This document shows, piece after piece, positions 14,481-28,210 of a stretch of 64,000 bases of DNA (the stretch's first letter is position 1; the number at the start of each line of letters is the position of its first letter). Origin of the DNA: Eledone cirrhosa (lineage: Eukaryota). Both the position numbers and the translations under genes were made by a program. Under the pieces are notes generated by a model. That model was given only the letters and a program-made list of their open reading frames with translations. It was not told the DNA's origin and made no database searches. Location of the stretch: contig OZ024742.1 in the NCBI GenBank assembly GCA_964016885.1, positions 2,418,001 to 2,482,000 on the forward strand, in the 5' to 3' direction.

Positions 14481-15860
14481 ACACTGTGCTTGATCTCGAG
14501 TGCAACCGAGTGAAACATGTTTTGTTGAACCTTGAACTATTTTTTATGAAAATTGGTATTTTGAATTCACACCTAATGTAATAGTGAGGTCACACGAGTC
14601 AAGGTTTTTTGGACATTCTGTGACGCTGACAGAAAATTATGACTGTATGAAAATAGTGCTTGAAATGATGCAATATGAGGTGTAGAAGCAGACAATATGT
14701 GAGGACTTGAAAGTCATTGGGCTGCTTATTATGTCTTTAGGACAGTTGAGCAAAAAAATGACCATTAGACATACAAAACATGGCCAAACAGAAGAGAGTA
14801 CAACATTGGTGTGAAGAATGTTTAAACAGTTTACTGGTTTACCCCAGGAAGGTTTTGCTTACCCCGTTCCATATGAAGCTTGAACCGATGAAACAATTTG
14901 TGAAAGCCTTGGACCCAGATGGTGAATGTTTCAAATATTTGTGCAGACAATTTTTAATATTGGGAGGAAATGAAGGCTGGTGTGTTTGACGAGCCACAGA
15001 TTAGGCAGCTATTGCAGCACGAAGCATTTTTGGTGACCGTGCCTGGCGTTGAAAAAGAAGCTTGGAATACTTTTGCTTCCATTGTGTCTGATTTCCTGGG
15101 AAATAGGGAGTCATCCAATTATCAAGAACTTGTGCAGACCCTGTTAACCAATTGTCGAGCACTGATCTGCAACATGAGTGTAAAAGTACATTTCCTGCAT
15201 AGTCATCTGGAGGACTTCCCTGGAAATCTTGATGCAATGAGTGATGAGCCAGCAGAAAGATTCCATCAAGAAATCAAAACCATGGTGTTAAGACAGGTGA
15301 ATAACACATATGATGGCTGACAACTGGTATCTGTAAAGAGACTGTCACGATGCAAGTTATTCATACAAAGCAACACAGAGAAAGTTCTGTCATTGAGTAA
15401 CTGAAACTCCAGTTCGACAGAAGTATTTATCCTGAGATCTGTAATTAAACATTTTGTATAATATATTTGTTACATAATAAAAAGTATTATTTGATTTGTG
15501 ATAGTTTCAGTATTGTATTTAATGGCGAAATTTATAAAAAAGAATTTCTGTTTAATGTAGTAGAAAACTTGCTTGATGTAGTAGAACACTTCTGAGGACA
15601 ATTCTGAACTCAGCACCAACAAATTAGGTAGGAACAATTGTATAAAGCAAGACACCTAAACATTTTTTGAAAATGTTTCCTAGTGTTATGATTGAGTATA
15701 AAAAAAAATGGTCTTTCCATTCCGTTTGTTTTATTTACAATATCGTATTCTCCAAGCCCAAAACTCTGAAAGTCTTCACAGCAATATTTTCTGTCAGAGA
15801 AGATACATCTTGTATTATTGGTTCCTGAAATCAAATAAGTTTAGCTTTATCACTGTTCTC
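14481..15860 (+). mobile_element. Degenerate DNA transposon with Chapaev3-like (CMC) transposase fragments
   Basis: Frameshifted pieces ICEDLKVIGLL, LLTPFHMKLEPMKQFVKAL, KAGVFDEPQIRQL, MSVKVHFLHSHLEDFPGNLDAMSDEPAERFHQEI; starts CACACTG; right boundary approximate. Confidence 0.7.
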
Positions 15861-16314
15861 AATTAGAAGTAATACATACTCACTTAGAAATCGTTATCCT
15901 CACTTTAATCTGACATGTGCATTTGAAATCCTAATTTTCACTTCATGTTACAGGGATATAACTCTGAAAAACTTTTATACGAGTTATCTCCCTTTAAAGA
16001 AATAATTTTATTGAGATTTTACAAAATTGTTTCTTTTTCTTTCTTTCCAAATGTATATATATAACTTGCTTTTTCTTTGTTTTTCTTTTAATATTTCACT
16101 CTATCTATCTCCGGCATGTCTTTGTATTGTCCCCTTTTCTTGTGTGCCCTTGTGGTAAATATAGAAATCTATCTATCTATCTACGCACCTTTCATTTCAT
16201 TTCTTTCTCCATGCCTGTTTGTATGTGTGTATGTGTGCGCATGTGTATACGTGAGCGTGTGGGATAGGAATGTGTATACGTGAGCGTGTGGCATATGTAT
16301 ATATATATATGTAC

Positions 16315-16426
<112 letters not shown>

Positions 16427-16429
16427 ATA

Positions 16430-18090
16430 ATAATAAAATTGAAGACTAAAATCCAAAGAGGGCTCGATGAGGAAAATATATATCAAATATATAAGAACCG
16501 TAGAGCAAATATTTATTAAAATAACAGATTAAAGTTTAAGCAAAGAATCGCTGCTTTCACCCTTAACGGGATCTTCTGAAACTAACAAATTCAATCTGTA
16601 AACGCAGAACTGGATATTTCAAAAAACGTTGCAACCGGAGGAAGACAGGAAGACGATACTTTGGTTCGTGGAAACGTTCGCTGGCAAAGAACGGGAAAAA
16701 AACGAATAATACGTCATTAATAGGAGCGGTGAAAAACAATTACGCGCAAAGACAGAACCACGTTTATGGTATAAAAGAGGTCGTAGACTAATGTTCTCTT
16801 AGGTGGTGCATAGAGACGTTCTCTGGCAATGAACGAAAAAACGAAGATAATAAGTCATATGTGGAGCGTGGAGAACAATAGCACGCAAAGACAAAACCAC
16901 GTAAATGGTATAGCAGAAGTTGTAGACTAAAATTATAAAAAACCATGTGACCTCTGCGCCGCTGAGGCCCTGGAAATACTCTACGCCACAGACCACATCT
17001 TAAACAAAAAATCTGAGGCAATTTCGGCCTGTAAACATAAATTGCACAAAACTTTCCTGTATTACAGCCCCACGTTATACCCTAACGGATAACACGATCT
17101 ATACGTGGATATTTTACGTCTTGATGTGGGAGCTAAGTATATGTTTTGTTTATTCCTTTACTTATTTGCATAGGTAAGTATATATTACCCGTATGTTTTG
17201 TGAAGGTATGTATACATTCTCGTACGTATATTTGACTGTTATGGCGTATAATTTTGACATATTCTGGTATTTAGGGTTTGGCTATGTGTATACGGGAGTT
17301 TTGCGTCTGCGTGAGTATGCAGGTTCGTACGTATGCCGGATGTGTGTATATGTGTACTTCTTGTTTTAGTTGACTTACGTCTCCGAACATTCGTGTATTT
17401 ATTTGTAGGTATGTGTGTGCGCTTGTTATATACGTATTTATTTAATTATACGTTTATATAATTATTTATTTATTTCTACACAAGCATACACACACACACA
17501 TATTTATATGTGCGTGGTTTTGTATACCTATGGTAAGGTTTTGCGCATGCTTGTGTATGTACGTATCTGTTTGCGTGTATGTATTTATTTGTTTCTATTA
17601 CTTCTGTATTGTATTTATTTACTTTGTTCTTAACTCTGTAGCGGAGATTCATTTGGTCTCCTAGTTAGAATTTTAGTCTACAACTTCTGCTATACCATTT
17701 ACGTGGTTTTGTCTTTGCGTGCTATTGTTCTCCACGCTCCACATATGACTTATCTTCGTTTTTTCGTTCATTGCCAGAGAACGTCTCTATGCACCACCTA
17801 AGAGAACATTAGTCTACGACCTCTTTTATACCATAAACGTGGTTCTGTATTTGCGCGTAATTGTTTTTCACCGCTCCTATTAATGACGTATTATTCGTTT
17901 TTTCCCGTTCTTTGCCAGCGAACGTTTCCACGAACCAAAGTATCGTCTTCCTGTCTTCCTCCGGTTGCAACGTTTTTTGAAATATCCAGTTCAGCGTTTA
18001 CAGATTGACTTTGTTAGTTTCAGAAGACCACGTTAAGGGTGAAAGCAGCGATTCTTTGCTTAAACTTTAATCTGTTATTTTAATAAATAT
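16430..18090. mobile_element. Fold-back insertion in (TA)n with ~425-bp inverted arms (probable PLE derivative)
   Basis: Arms ~16508-16934 and ~17669-18090; related pieces at 21200-21875, 25515-25754 and 37015-37110. Confidence 0.75.
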
Positions 18091-18111
18091 ATATATATAT
18101 ATATATATATA

Positions 18112-18654
18112 TTTAGAAACACACTTCAAAGATTGCTCGACCAGAGGGAGTTATTAATATATTTAGAAACACACAGATACATGCGGACACACACATGTGT
18201 GTGTCCGCATTTATCTGTGTGTTTCTAAATATATTAATAACTCCCTCTGGTCGAGCAATCTTTGAAGTGTGGGGACAACTGGAAAGCTTCCATTACTCAT
18301 ACTTCTCGCCTTCTTCACTACCTCTTCTACGGCCTCGATATGAATACCCCCTCCGCCTCCGTGGTATTTTCTTCGTGGTTATAAGAGGCTTAGCTCTGTT
18401 TCTCGACCGTTATATCGCGTGACTGTCTCCCCCTCCGCCTTTTGGGATTCTTTCTCACGTCGTGTAGACGCGTTCTTGAGACTAGTAAAATGAGGTATCC
18501 TCTTGATAAGTCGGCAGACCTCGCAAGGACTCTATATCTTTGATATATTGTTTTTGTTTATGCCACGAAACTACGTAGTCGAGGAATTTAGGAACAGTTT
18601 AGGTATGATACATTTTATTACTAATTATATCTAAATGTTTCTTCTCTCTTCATA

Positions 18655-18655
<1 letters not shown>
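18112..18655 (+). mobile_element. PLE-type pLTR fragment with 5' fold-back, in (TA)n
   Basis: Palindrome centred near 18195 (arms ~18120-18271); hammerhead near the 3' end. Confidence 0.65.
18498..18585 (+). ncRNA. Type I hammerhead ribozyme motif, U3-A8 core variant (family H)
   Basis: TCCTC-TTGATAA-GT(C)GGCA...TGCCAC-GAAA-CTACGTAG-TC-GAGGA; palindromic stem III, GUC site. Confidence 0.75.
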
Positions 18656-18714
<59 letters not shown>

Positions 18715-19300
18715 TGGTAACATGTATCCCAGTACAACCTGTCTCATGGTCGGGTCGTTGGCGACTAAACTGGCAACCCCACCAAGGTTTCTTGGTGAGG
18801 AGGGTGACTTTGGACATCCTGCAGGACTAAAAACAAAACCTGTCAAAGGGCAAAGGAGCTCTTAAGAGTCAATGGCCATCCAAAATCACTGGGAGAGATG
18901 ACCCCTTAGCCTTTGTCAAGGCAGAATTCTAGGAGAAGGAAAACTCTGATATAACACCTGCAACCCTGATGGTATCCAATGATGTTGACTTGTTCTTCTT
19001 TTTGGTAAATATCATCTTGGTTAAGAGAGTGGGACTGGCTTTGTGCAGTGCCTTTGCTCACTATAAAAGCTTCACGGCACAGGCATTGCTTTATATCTGG
19101 AGATCTCTCTGCACTTGTCGTCACATGGTACCATGGGCCCAGCACTATGTGTCAATAATTGTCACAAGTGTAGTGTTTGTACCAGAGTTTTCAAGTCGCT
19201 GGCTGGACTAAAAAGTCACACTCGTTCAGCGCATCGGTAGGGGTTCTCCTACATGGATATAAAGTAGTGGCCGTACTCGAAAACGAGTTGGCAGCCACCA
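18715..19300. repeat. ~580-bp dispersed repeat between TA runs, copy 1
   Basis: Near-identical to 38838-39403 (identical spurious 80-aa ORF); family not identified. Confidence 0.8.
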
Positions 19301-19737
19301 TATATATATATACATATGCCACACGCATATATATATATATATATATACGTGTGTGTGTGTGTGTATATGTATGTCTGCGTGTAGGTGCGTACATAGGTTC
19401 AATGGGGAGGGGAAAGTCGACTCCGCAAGGATGAAAGACAAAGCTAACCTCGATGGGATTAGAATTCAGAACATAAAGGGGGATAACTCTATTGTTATCT
19501 TTAACATCGACCTCTTTTTCTTCTTCTGTCATGATGCAACACTGAATCCTCGTTCTTTATAATTATATATATATATATATCATCCTTTATACCTATATAC
19601 CTATATATATATATATATATATTACCTATATATATATATATATATATATACTATATATATTTATATATATATATATCATCCTTTATACCTATATACCTAT
19701 ATATTTATAAATATATATCATCCTTTATACCTATATA

Positions 19738-19830
<93 letters not shown>

Positions 19831-20059
19831 TCCTTTATACCTATATACCTATATATATATATATATATCACTGACGAAGGACTATTTTTATCATATGTAA
19901 CCATGTGCAAACCACGCAGTATTCTTCTTTCTTCTCATGTTGTTTATATATATTTACCTCGGCCGCGTTTGTCTGTTGCTCTCTTACTGCTTCCCCGCTC
20001 TCTCTTTTTCTCTCACCTTTTTTCGCCCCCTCTGTCAGTTACACACTCTCTCGACTATT

Positions 20060-20178
<119 letters not shown>

Positions 20179-20499
20179 CATAAGAAAGAAGAATACTGCG
20201 TGGTTGCACATGGGTTACATATGATAAAAATAGTCTTTCGTCAGTGATTTTCCAACCATCATTGGTATTTCATCGCATTAAAAATCAGATACCTCAGGTT
20301 GGTGCGAGCAATAACTAAAAAAAGTTGTTGGAACCAGTAATTCGCGTAAAGCGAGGGGGACAAGTAAACAACATAGAAGGATAAAAGCAAACCAAAGATA
20401 GGAAAATAAACAAGCAACATGGTTGTCCTGGTCAGCATAAGCTGGGTGGATTTCATGAGCGAGAGTTACAGACCGTCCGATATGAGTGAGATGTAAGAA

Positions 20500-20556
<57 letters not shown>

Positions 20557-20564
<8 letters not shown>

Positions 20565-21099
20565 TAAAAAAATAATGAATAAAACAATGAAACAGTTCCT
20601 TATATTAAACAAAAAAAGTTCATTATTTAACGATAGTTTCTGGGATATATATGTGTTAGAATTGGCATGTATATTTAACAGATCTATGTACAAAATTATA
20701 CAAAATTATACAAACTATCAAAATTAAATATACATACCAACTCATATATATGCCGTCTTTTCTGAAGACGGCATATATATGAGTTGGTATGTATATTTAA
20801 TTTTGATAGTTTGTATAATTTTGTATAATTTTGTACATAGATCTGTTAAATATACATGCCAATTCTAACACATATATATCCCAGAAACGATCGTTAAATA
20901 ATGAACTTTTTTTGTTTAATATAAGGAACTGTTTCATTGTTTTATTCATTATTTTTTTAATATTTTATCTTGACTCTGTATTCCGTTTATCTTTCACCGA
21001 AAGTGATTTTTCATTGCATCTCTTCTTTCCATAATATCCGGATTACATTGAGTTCTTCATACGGATTGGACACTGCCGTAAACTCTTGGTAGATTTATC

Positions 21100-21102
<3 letters not shown>
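20557..21102. mobile_element. Near-perfect ~400-bp palindromic insertion with 3' extension, in (TA)n
   Basis: Arms ~20557-20759 and ~20764-20966; mirror ORFs 20466-20693(-) and 20831-21034(+). Confidence 0.75.
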
Positions 21103-21197
<95 letters not shown>

Positions 21198-22019
21198 GTG
21201 TATTTGGTGCATACATTCGTATGCGTGCGGGTACAGGCGTTGCGTGGGTTCTGTATGTGCGTGCGTTTTTTTAAATTTTTTATTTTGTGTACGTGCGTGT
21301 ATTTGTATACCAAAGGCGAGTGTTTTCGCGTATGCTTGTGTATGTACGTATATGGATGCATGTATGTATTTATTTAATTTCAATTACCTCTGTATTTTAT
21401 TCACTTTATTCTTAACTCTGAAGCCGAGAATCATTCGGTTTCCTAGTTAGAATTTTAGTCTTCGACTTCAGTTATACCATTTACGTGGTTTTGTCTTTGC
21501 GTGCAATTGTTCTCTACGCTCCACATATGACGTATTATCTTCGTTTTCCCGTTCATTGCCAGAGAACGTCTCTATGAACCACCTAATAGAATATTAGTCT
21601 ACGACTTCTTTTATACCATAAATGTGGTTTTGACTTTGCGTGTAATTGTTTTTCACCGCTCCAAATAATGACGTATTATATTCGTTTTTTCCCGTTCTTT
21701 GCCAGGGAACGTTTCCACGAACCAAAGTATCGTCTTCCTGTCTTGCCCCGGTTGCAACATTTTTGAAATATTCCCTTCTGTGTTCACAGATTGACTTTTT
21801 TAATTTTAGAAGATCCCGTTAAGGGTGAAAGCAGCGATTCTTTGCTTAAACTTTAATCTGTTATTTTAATAAATATATATATATATGTAGAAGTTATATT
21901 TAATTTGTTGGGATACAACAAGCAAATATTTTTATAACTGATATAAAGCACTCAACAAAATTTTTGGAGTAAAAATACAATATATTAACAAATGGAAACT
22001 ATATTTATAAAACCATATT

Positions 22020-22084
22020 TATTTCATTATACATATTTCAAGGACACCAAAGCAAATTATGGTGCGCTTTCATCAGATAAAATA
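22020..22084 (-). ncRNA. Type I hammerhead ribozyme motif, family B
   Basis: Reverse strand reads TATTTTAT-CTGATGA-AAGCGCACCA...TGGTGTCCTT-GAAA-TATGTA-TA-ATGAAATA. Confidence 0.8.
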
Positions 22085-22538
22085 TATTATAGATCAGTTT
22101 TATAAACAAATATTGACATACCCTTAAAAGAATGCGACCTAGTCTGTTGGAAGCTCCCGGATAGTGGGGTTACTAATTTTATTATTGGTCTATTATGCAA
22201 ATTAGTGTCGGAGCGGTTTAAATCCCATATATTTAAATTAAGCCGTTGGAATAGGGAAAAAAGGAAAAGGAGAAAGAAAGAGCAAACCCAAAGAAGGAAA
22301 ACAAAAGAAAAGAAAAGGAAAAGGAATAGGAAAAACAAAAGAAAGAGAAAGAGAGAAAACCCTAAGTGAGAGAGTGTTGTATTAACGTAGTTTTATGAGA
22401 TGATGAAGCGAAAAGATAAATAAATAGTGGATGAGTTAGCGTGGATAGATAAATAAATAGATAGATAGTAGTAACGGGAGAAATTTATCTAATGTTTAAA
22501 TTTTATTAAATTATTGAGATCTATATATTATTAAAATA

Positions 22539-22633
<95 letters not shown>

Positions 22634-23142
22634 CATATACTATCAAAAAATATTATTCAAATATATGTTATTATTACATAAACTTACATAAATGTATCTT
22701 TAATCATCAACCAACAATTAAATATTAATTATTAATTTTTCAATTAACAACAAAACTTATAAGAAATAACAAAATATATGTTTAAAAATATAGGAATATT
22801 CAGAGATTTTACTGAAGAAAAACTCTTCTTAGTAATAGCAATACAGCGTGAGGGAAAATTAATTGATTTATTTGTAATTTAGATAGTTCTAATGATTAAA
22901 TGTTATAAAAGTTAAGATGATAAAAAATTAAGATTATAAGAGAACCTTATATTATTTTATAGTAAGTTATAAAATTTATATATTTTATAAATGCACCTGT
23001 TATACAGTTGTGATTGTTAAAATATAAGTTTCTTTACTATAACGTCTTAATGTTTAAAGTTTTTCTTAAGAATATATCTTTTCTTAAGAATATATTCTTT
23101 TAAGGGTATGTCAATATTTGTTTATAAAACTGATCTATATTG

Positions 23143-23207
23143 TATTTTATCTGATGAAAGCGCACCATAATTTACTTTGGTGTCCTTAAAATATGTATAA
23201 TGAAATA
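23143..23207 (+). ncRNA. Family B hammerhead, core mutated (GAAA>AAAA), likely inactive
   Basis: Inverted copy of 22020-22084 with a G12A change. Confidence 0.65.
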
Positions 23208-23241
23208 AATATGGCTTTATAAATATAGTTTCCATTTGTTA

Positions 23242-23275
<34 letters not shown>

Positions 23276-23430
23276 AGCAAGATGTATGGTAGGTCGTATG
23301 TGAATCGCGATGATCACGTCTGACCTACCAAATTTGTGACGGTAGCTAGTTAAGCTCTATGCGTGTAAGCAGAGCAGAAATATTAGTGAAAAAGAACAAA
23401 GGAACTATTATGACATTATAACAAGTTTAT

Positions 23431-23477
23431 TGCCGACAGCCGTTTCGTCCGACCATATGGTGGGACTTTTCAAGGCA
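23431..23477 (-). ncRNA. Type I hammerhead ribozyme motif, U3-A8 core variant (family I)
   Basis: Reverse strand reads TGCC-TTGAAAA-GTCCCACC ATAT GGTCGGAC-GAAA-CGGCTG-TC-GGCA. Confidence 0.8.
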
Positions 23478-24167
23478 TATAACATTATTTACATCAACGT
23501 ATCACTCAAGACTAGCAGTTTGAAATTGTGGTATACATCAGCAGCTTCGCTTGTATAGTTGGGGTCTATATTCTAAGGGGGCTCTTTTATATTAGTTGTC
23601 GGGGTCAGGGATTGAAGGTTAAAAATTAGATAATATATAATTTACGCATTAAAAGTAAAGATTAAATTAGAAGACTTGGGATCCCGTAGAAGCACCTTAA
23701 AAAATCCCTCAATAAGTGCATAAAGCTTATAGGCTCCAATAAACATAATAAACTAGGAGAAATTAAGAGGCCAATAAAATAAAATAAAAAAATAAAAAAA
23801 TAAAAATATAGAGTTTCCCTAAAAATATAAAGTTTACTAAGAAATTCCTTCGATAGAAAAAATTTTTTTTCGAAAGAAAACAACTTTCTTCCCCCGAGAT
23901 CACGTTAACAAATTTCAGAAAACTTACGAGGTTTTGATATTCCCTACTAAGTTGAAAGAAACTAATTAATTAAAGGTTAATTCAAAGAGCCTTCAATAAA
24001 TCTCTCAGAAAAGGCCCCTTTAATATTTTTAATAGGAGCTTCCTCCGAGAGACCCTTCGAAGAATTAAAATTTAGAGAGCCCTTAAGGATATATATAAAC
24101 GAATTGAGGAAAATTATAAATTAAAAGTTAAAAATTACGGTATTTGGGATATCCGAGGAATTTTCAG

Positions 24168-25467
24168 ACATGCAATCTCTGTTTATGTGAAAAATTAACC
24201 ATTATATCTAATTTAGATTCTATAATAAATAGACGCACTGACTTGTTTTCTCTCTGCTTGCATAAATTCCACAGAACATTCCATAAAGTATACAGCTAAT
24301 ATCTAATACTTTATCAATTTAAAATCCTTTTCTCAAAGGCACATATATATATATACATATATATTTCTTTAAAAATATACCCATCTTTCTACCTTATTTC
24401 AATTTTATTTATTATACATTATATAATATTACTCATTCTATATCACTCCTATTTATCACTTCCCTTTCTTTCTTTTTTCATTTTTTTTTCTTTTTTCTTT
24501 TTCTTTTAATTTCTAACCCCTAATCTGTACCTTTTCTTCCTAGATACAATTATAATTGTGCCTAACGTAGAAACAATTATTACTCAGCACAATATATTCT
24601 TACTTTATATCACCTTGAAAAAATCCTTCGTAAACATAAACATTTTTTTGACGTTAGATTATTCATCCTCAATTCATTATTTTTTCTTCCTTTCCTGCTC
24701 ACCTAACTTATACATCCACTTATACATCCACTCTTCTACTTCTTTCACAATATATCCTTAATTACATTACTATTGCTATATTTTTATATTTTTTAATAAC
24801 ACATATCAACAATTTCTTTCCATCGCACATATTATTAAACCCTTAAATATTATTCTTAATACATATTAACAATTTCTTTTCATCGCACATACTATTAAAC
24901 CCTTAAATATACAAACCTTAATTTAACATTATTCTAAAATTTTTCTCTTCGTTAATTTTCAAATTCTTTTAATTTATATATTATCTTCCAACGGTTTTTC
25001 AACCTCTCTATGTAAAACAATATATTTTTCTCAGTTATAAAAGCTATCTCTCTCTCTCTCTATCACCCATCTCTCCTCCTATCTCATCCTTCCTCATTAT
25101 ACTCCTCCCCCTTCACTTTTTACTCTCATCTCCTCCTCTTTATCATCCTTTCCACCCCCCTCTCAATTTTTCCCCAATATCACACATCAATCTAAAACTA
25201 CTTTTCATATGTTGATTTAAAACTGCACTATTCACAAGTGTGTTTTAACCTTCATATCATGTCTCCCTATTTTATCTGACGAAAACGCAAATGTTATTAC
25301 ATGATGATATTTGTTTTTGAAATGCGCATAATAAAATACATGGAAATCTTTTAACCATCATTTGAACTTATATATTATTATTTATACTCCAGTCCTACAA
25401 ACTGTAGAGTGCTACTTATACAATATCTGCATTGCTTTATTGTACTACAATAAAACTCACCTCCTAC

Positions 25468-25468
<1 letters not shown>
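24168..25468 (+). mobile_element. PLE 3' end (ORF C-terminus plus pLTR, hammerhead family C)
   Basis: Encodes TCNLCLCEKLTIISNLDSIINRRTDLFSLCLHKF...YS* (TAA 24297-24299); homologous to 51984-53073. Confidence 0.85.
25268..25338 (+). ncRNA. Type I hammerhead ribozyme motif, family C
   Basis: TATTTTAT-CTGACGA-AAACGCAAAT...ATTTGTTTTT-GAAA-TGCGCA-TA-ATAAAATA. Confidence 0.8.
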
Positions 25469-25516
<48 letters not shown>

Positions 25517-25748
25517 CAGATTAAAGTTTAATAACAGATTAAAGTTTAAGCAAAGAATCGCTGCTTTCACCCTTAACGGGATCTTCTGAAACTATATATG
25601 TATACTAAGAAAATGCGAAGTAGTTTCATATATATATATATATATATGAAACTACTTCGCATTTTCTTACTATACATATATAGTTTCAGAAGATCCCGTT
25701 AAGGGTGAAAGCAGCGATTCTTTGCTTAAACTTTAATCTGTTATTTTA

Positions 25749-25869
<121 letters not shown>

Positions 25870-25998
25870 GAAGTTATATTTAAATTGTTGGGATACTACA
25901 AGCAAATATTTTTATAACTGATATAAAGCACTCAACAAATTATTGGAGTAAAAATACGATATATTAACAAATGGAAACTATATTTATAAAACCATATT

Positions 25999-26063
25999 TA
26001 TTTCATTATACATATTTCAAGGATACCAAGTCAAATTATGGTGCGCTTTCATCAGATAAAATA
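25999..26063 (-). ncRNA. Type I hammerhead ribozyme motif, family B
   Basis: Same structure as 22020-22084; sense to the GIY-YIG ORF of this element. Confidence 0.8.
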
Positions 26064-27312
26064 TAATATAGATCAGTTTTATAAATAAATATTGACATAC
26101 CCTTAAAGAATGCAACCATTACTGTTGGAAGCTTCAGTTGAGGTCATAAAAGTTTTCAGATTTCTATCGCTGCAAAAGACGCTGGACATCAATCAAATCT
26201 GTAGGGATACATTCAGTCACAGTTAAAAGTGAGTGGCTACACACACACTCCACACTCACATACATCGGCTCGAGGTCAAAGAAAAATATACACACATCAA
26301 CACAGTATTAAACCCGTAGAATTAGCGTGGGTGGGTACACACACACTTTCACACACACCGAAGCGATTTCCGAGAAAAAAACAAATATAAGAATGTACCA
26401 ACACAGCACTCACCGAAAGTTGGTTCACAAAGCAACAGAAGCCATGTTGGTCAAATCTCAATTTGACGATGTAAATTGGTAATATTGGGTTAACCAACGC
26501 CCCACACATACACACACACGTGCGCGCGCGCGCGCAAGTATGTTCAGTGTTCTGCTATACGTGTATAGATCGAATTGTAACATCCATATCTTCAAGTGTG
26601 TGTTATGTTATGGTATATACACATCCGAATCGTCCAAAAAAGGGTATGTCTGGGTATATACACATCCATGTGAAGAGCAAGCAATCAGCTCATGTCGAAC
26701 TCCTTGTGTACCGCTGTCTCATTGAGAATCAGTGTCACAAAATCCGTGTGTGCAAGCAACTGCAATGTAGTCCGGCAAAGGGCTCCGTGTAGGGTTGGGT
26801 ATTGGGTAAATGCGTCCGCAAGTGCGATTTCCCGTCATATGGGCCAATGAGCTTTTAAGATAGTTGTTTGAGTGGTGGAGGTGTGTTATCCAACACAAGA
26901 GGTGAAGTAAGAAAACACAGGACAAGTAAAATCCAAAGGATGTGTGTAGGCCCATTAATGGTGTGTCAGTATTATTGTTCAATCCGTAGCAGTGAGTCCT
27001 CCATGGTTAGATGATCACGCATCAAAACCTGGTGTAGTGTTCAGTCGGTAGGGACGTGACAGTCGTAATTGTGGGAGCTCAATGCCTAAAGGAAACGGAT
27101 ACTATGTGTAGAGCTATGTATAGAGAGCATAATCAGTCCTAGCTAAGTGTGTAATCAATCTAACTATTTACTAGCTAGGTATTCTAAAAGAGAGCACTCA
27201 GCTGTGAGAAATCCGTGGAAACAGGCTGAGTATCATTTGCAAGTACGCAAACAATCTTATCCGTCTAACTACCTAAGTGTGTGACTGTCTGTTTATTGAG
27301 AGAACTCTATGG

Positions 27313-28185
27313 CTAAAGTAGAGAAGGAGGAGTTAGTGGTAGGTTACCTTCCAAAACTCCTGCGGAGGTTTTCGAGGTTCTATGTTGACAGTTGCTGAAA
27401 ACATCTGCTCTCCTATTAATTAATAGGGGGCCGCCTCTAATAATATTAAAAGTTTCAGCTATACATAAATTGCAGACGCCAGTGCTGCCGTTATAAGTTT
27501 GGACTGAGCGAACTAAGGACAAGGATAAGGAGTGCTCTATATCCTGATGTTTAAGCTTCCATACTAATTCCGAAAGTGCCGTGCTATTTTTTGTATCTAA
27601 TCTATTAAAGGTATGGCGGTTTTTATACCATCTATCCTTAAATTACGTGGCAGTTGCCCCAACATACCTAAAGGGTCTATCAGGAGTGGAGACCTTACAG
27701 TCGTAGACTATGTTTTTGGTAAGGCATTTCCCAGCCATGGGGAAGGTGGCGGTGCTTCTGCAGTTACATTTTTTTCTATCGATCTGGGTAGTTCCAGATG
27801 GACCACGGTACCTTTGGGGTCGGGTCTCATTTTCAGTCTGCTCTATGGGTAAATTCTCTGGGGTTGGGGAGACCCGACTCGCCTCACGTGTATGAGTCAG
27901 TTCCTCAATAGAGCTGCCATTGTTCCTGCCATGCCTAATTCCCTCATTGGCTGTCCTAAGTCTACTATAATTCATCTTAGCTATATTCTGAGCTATGTTA
28001 ATAGTTGTGGAGTAGGACAGCTTGATGGTATTTCTATTGAATATTTTATAATATCTGTGTGATCTAGGGAAGTATTTGTCTAAGTCCCCAAAGAAAAGCT
28101 TAGCTATACTAGTGGTCAGGACAGTGGAGTAATGGGGATTATACCACAGGACTTTTCTGGTCCGATGCCTCTTGTTCCTACTAAC
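27313..28185 (-). pseudogene. PLE polyprotein C-terminal relic with GIY-YIG endonuclease
   Basis: RKVLWYNPHYS...YYKIFNRNTIKLSYST; KCNCR...GKCLTKNIVYDCKV...YVGATAT*FKDRWY...STALSELVWKLK...CNLCIAE...NRRADVFSNCQHR; one in-frame TAA at 27643-27645. Confidence 0.88.
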
Positions 28186-28210
28186 TAGTTAGTAGGAACA
28201 AGAGGCATAT

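Larger units (their letters stand above)
21887..23250. mobile_element. Non-autonomous PLE fold-back insertion (hammerhead family B)
   Basis: Inverted arms ~21977-22134 and ~23094-23250; left end shared with the PLE at 25867. Confidence 0.75.

Noticed and set aside
27643-27645. In-frame stop within GIY-YIG as possible recoding
   Set aside because: It is TAA in a truncated relic; ordinary decay
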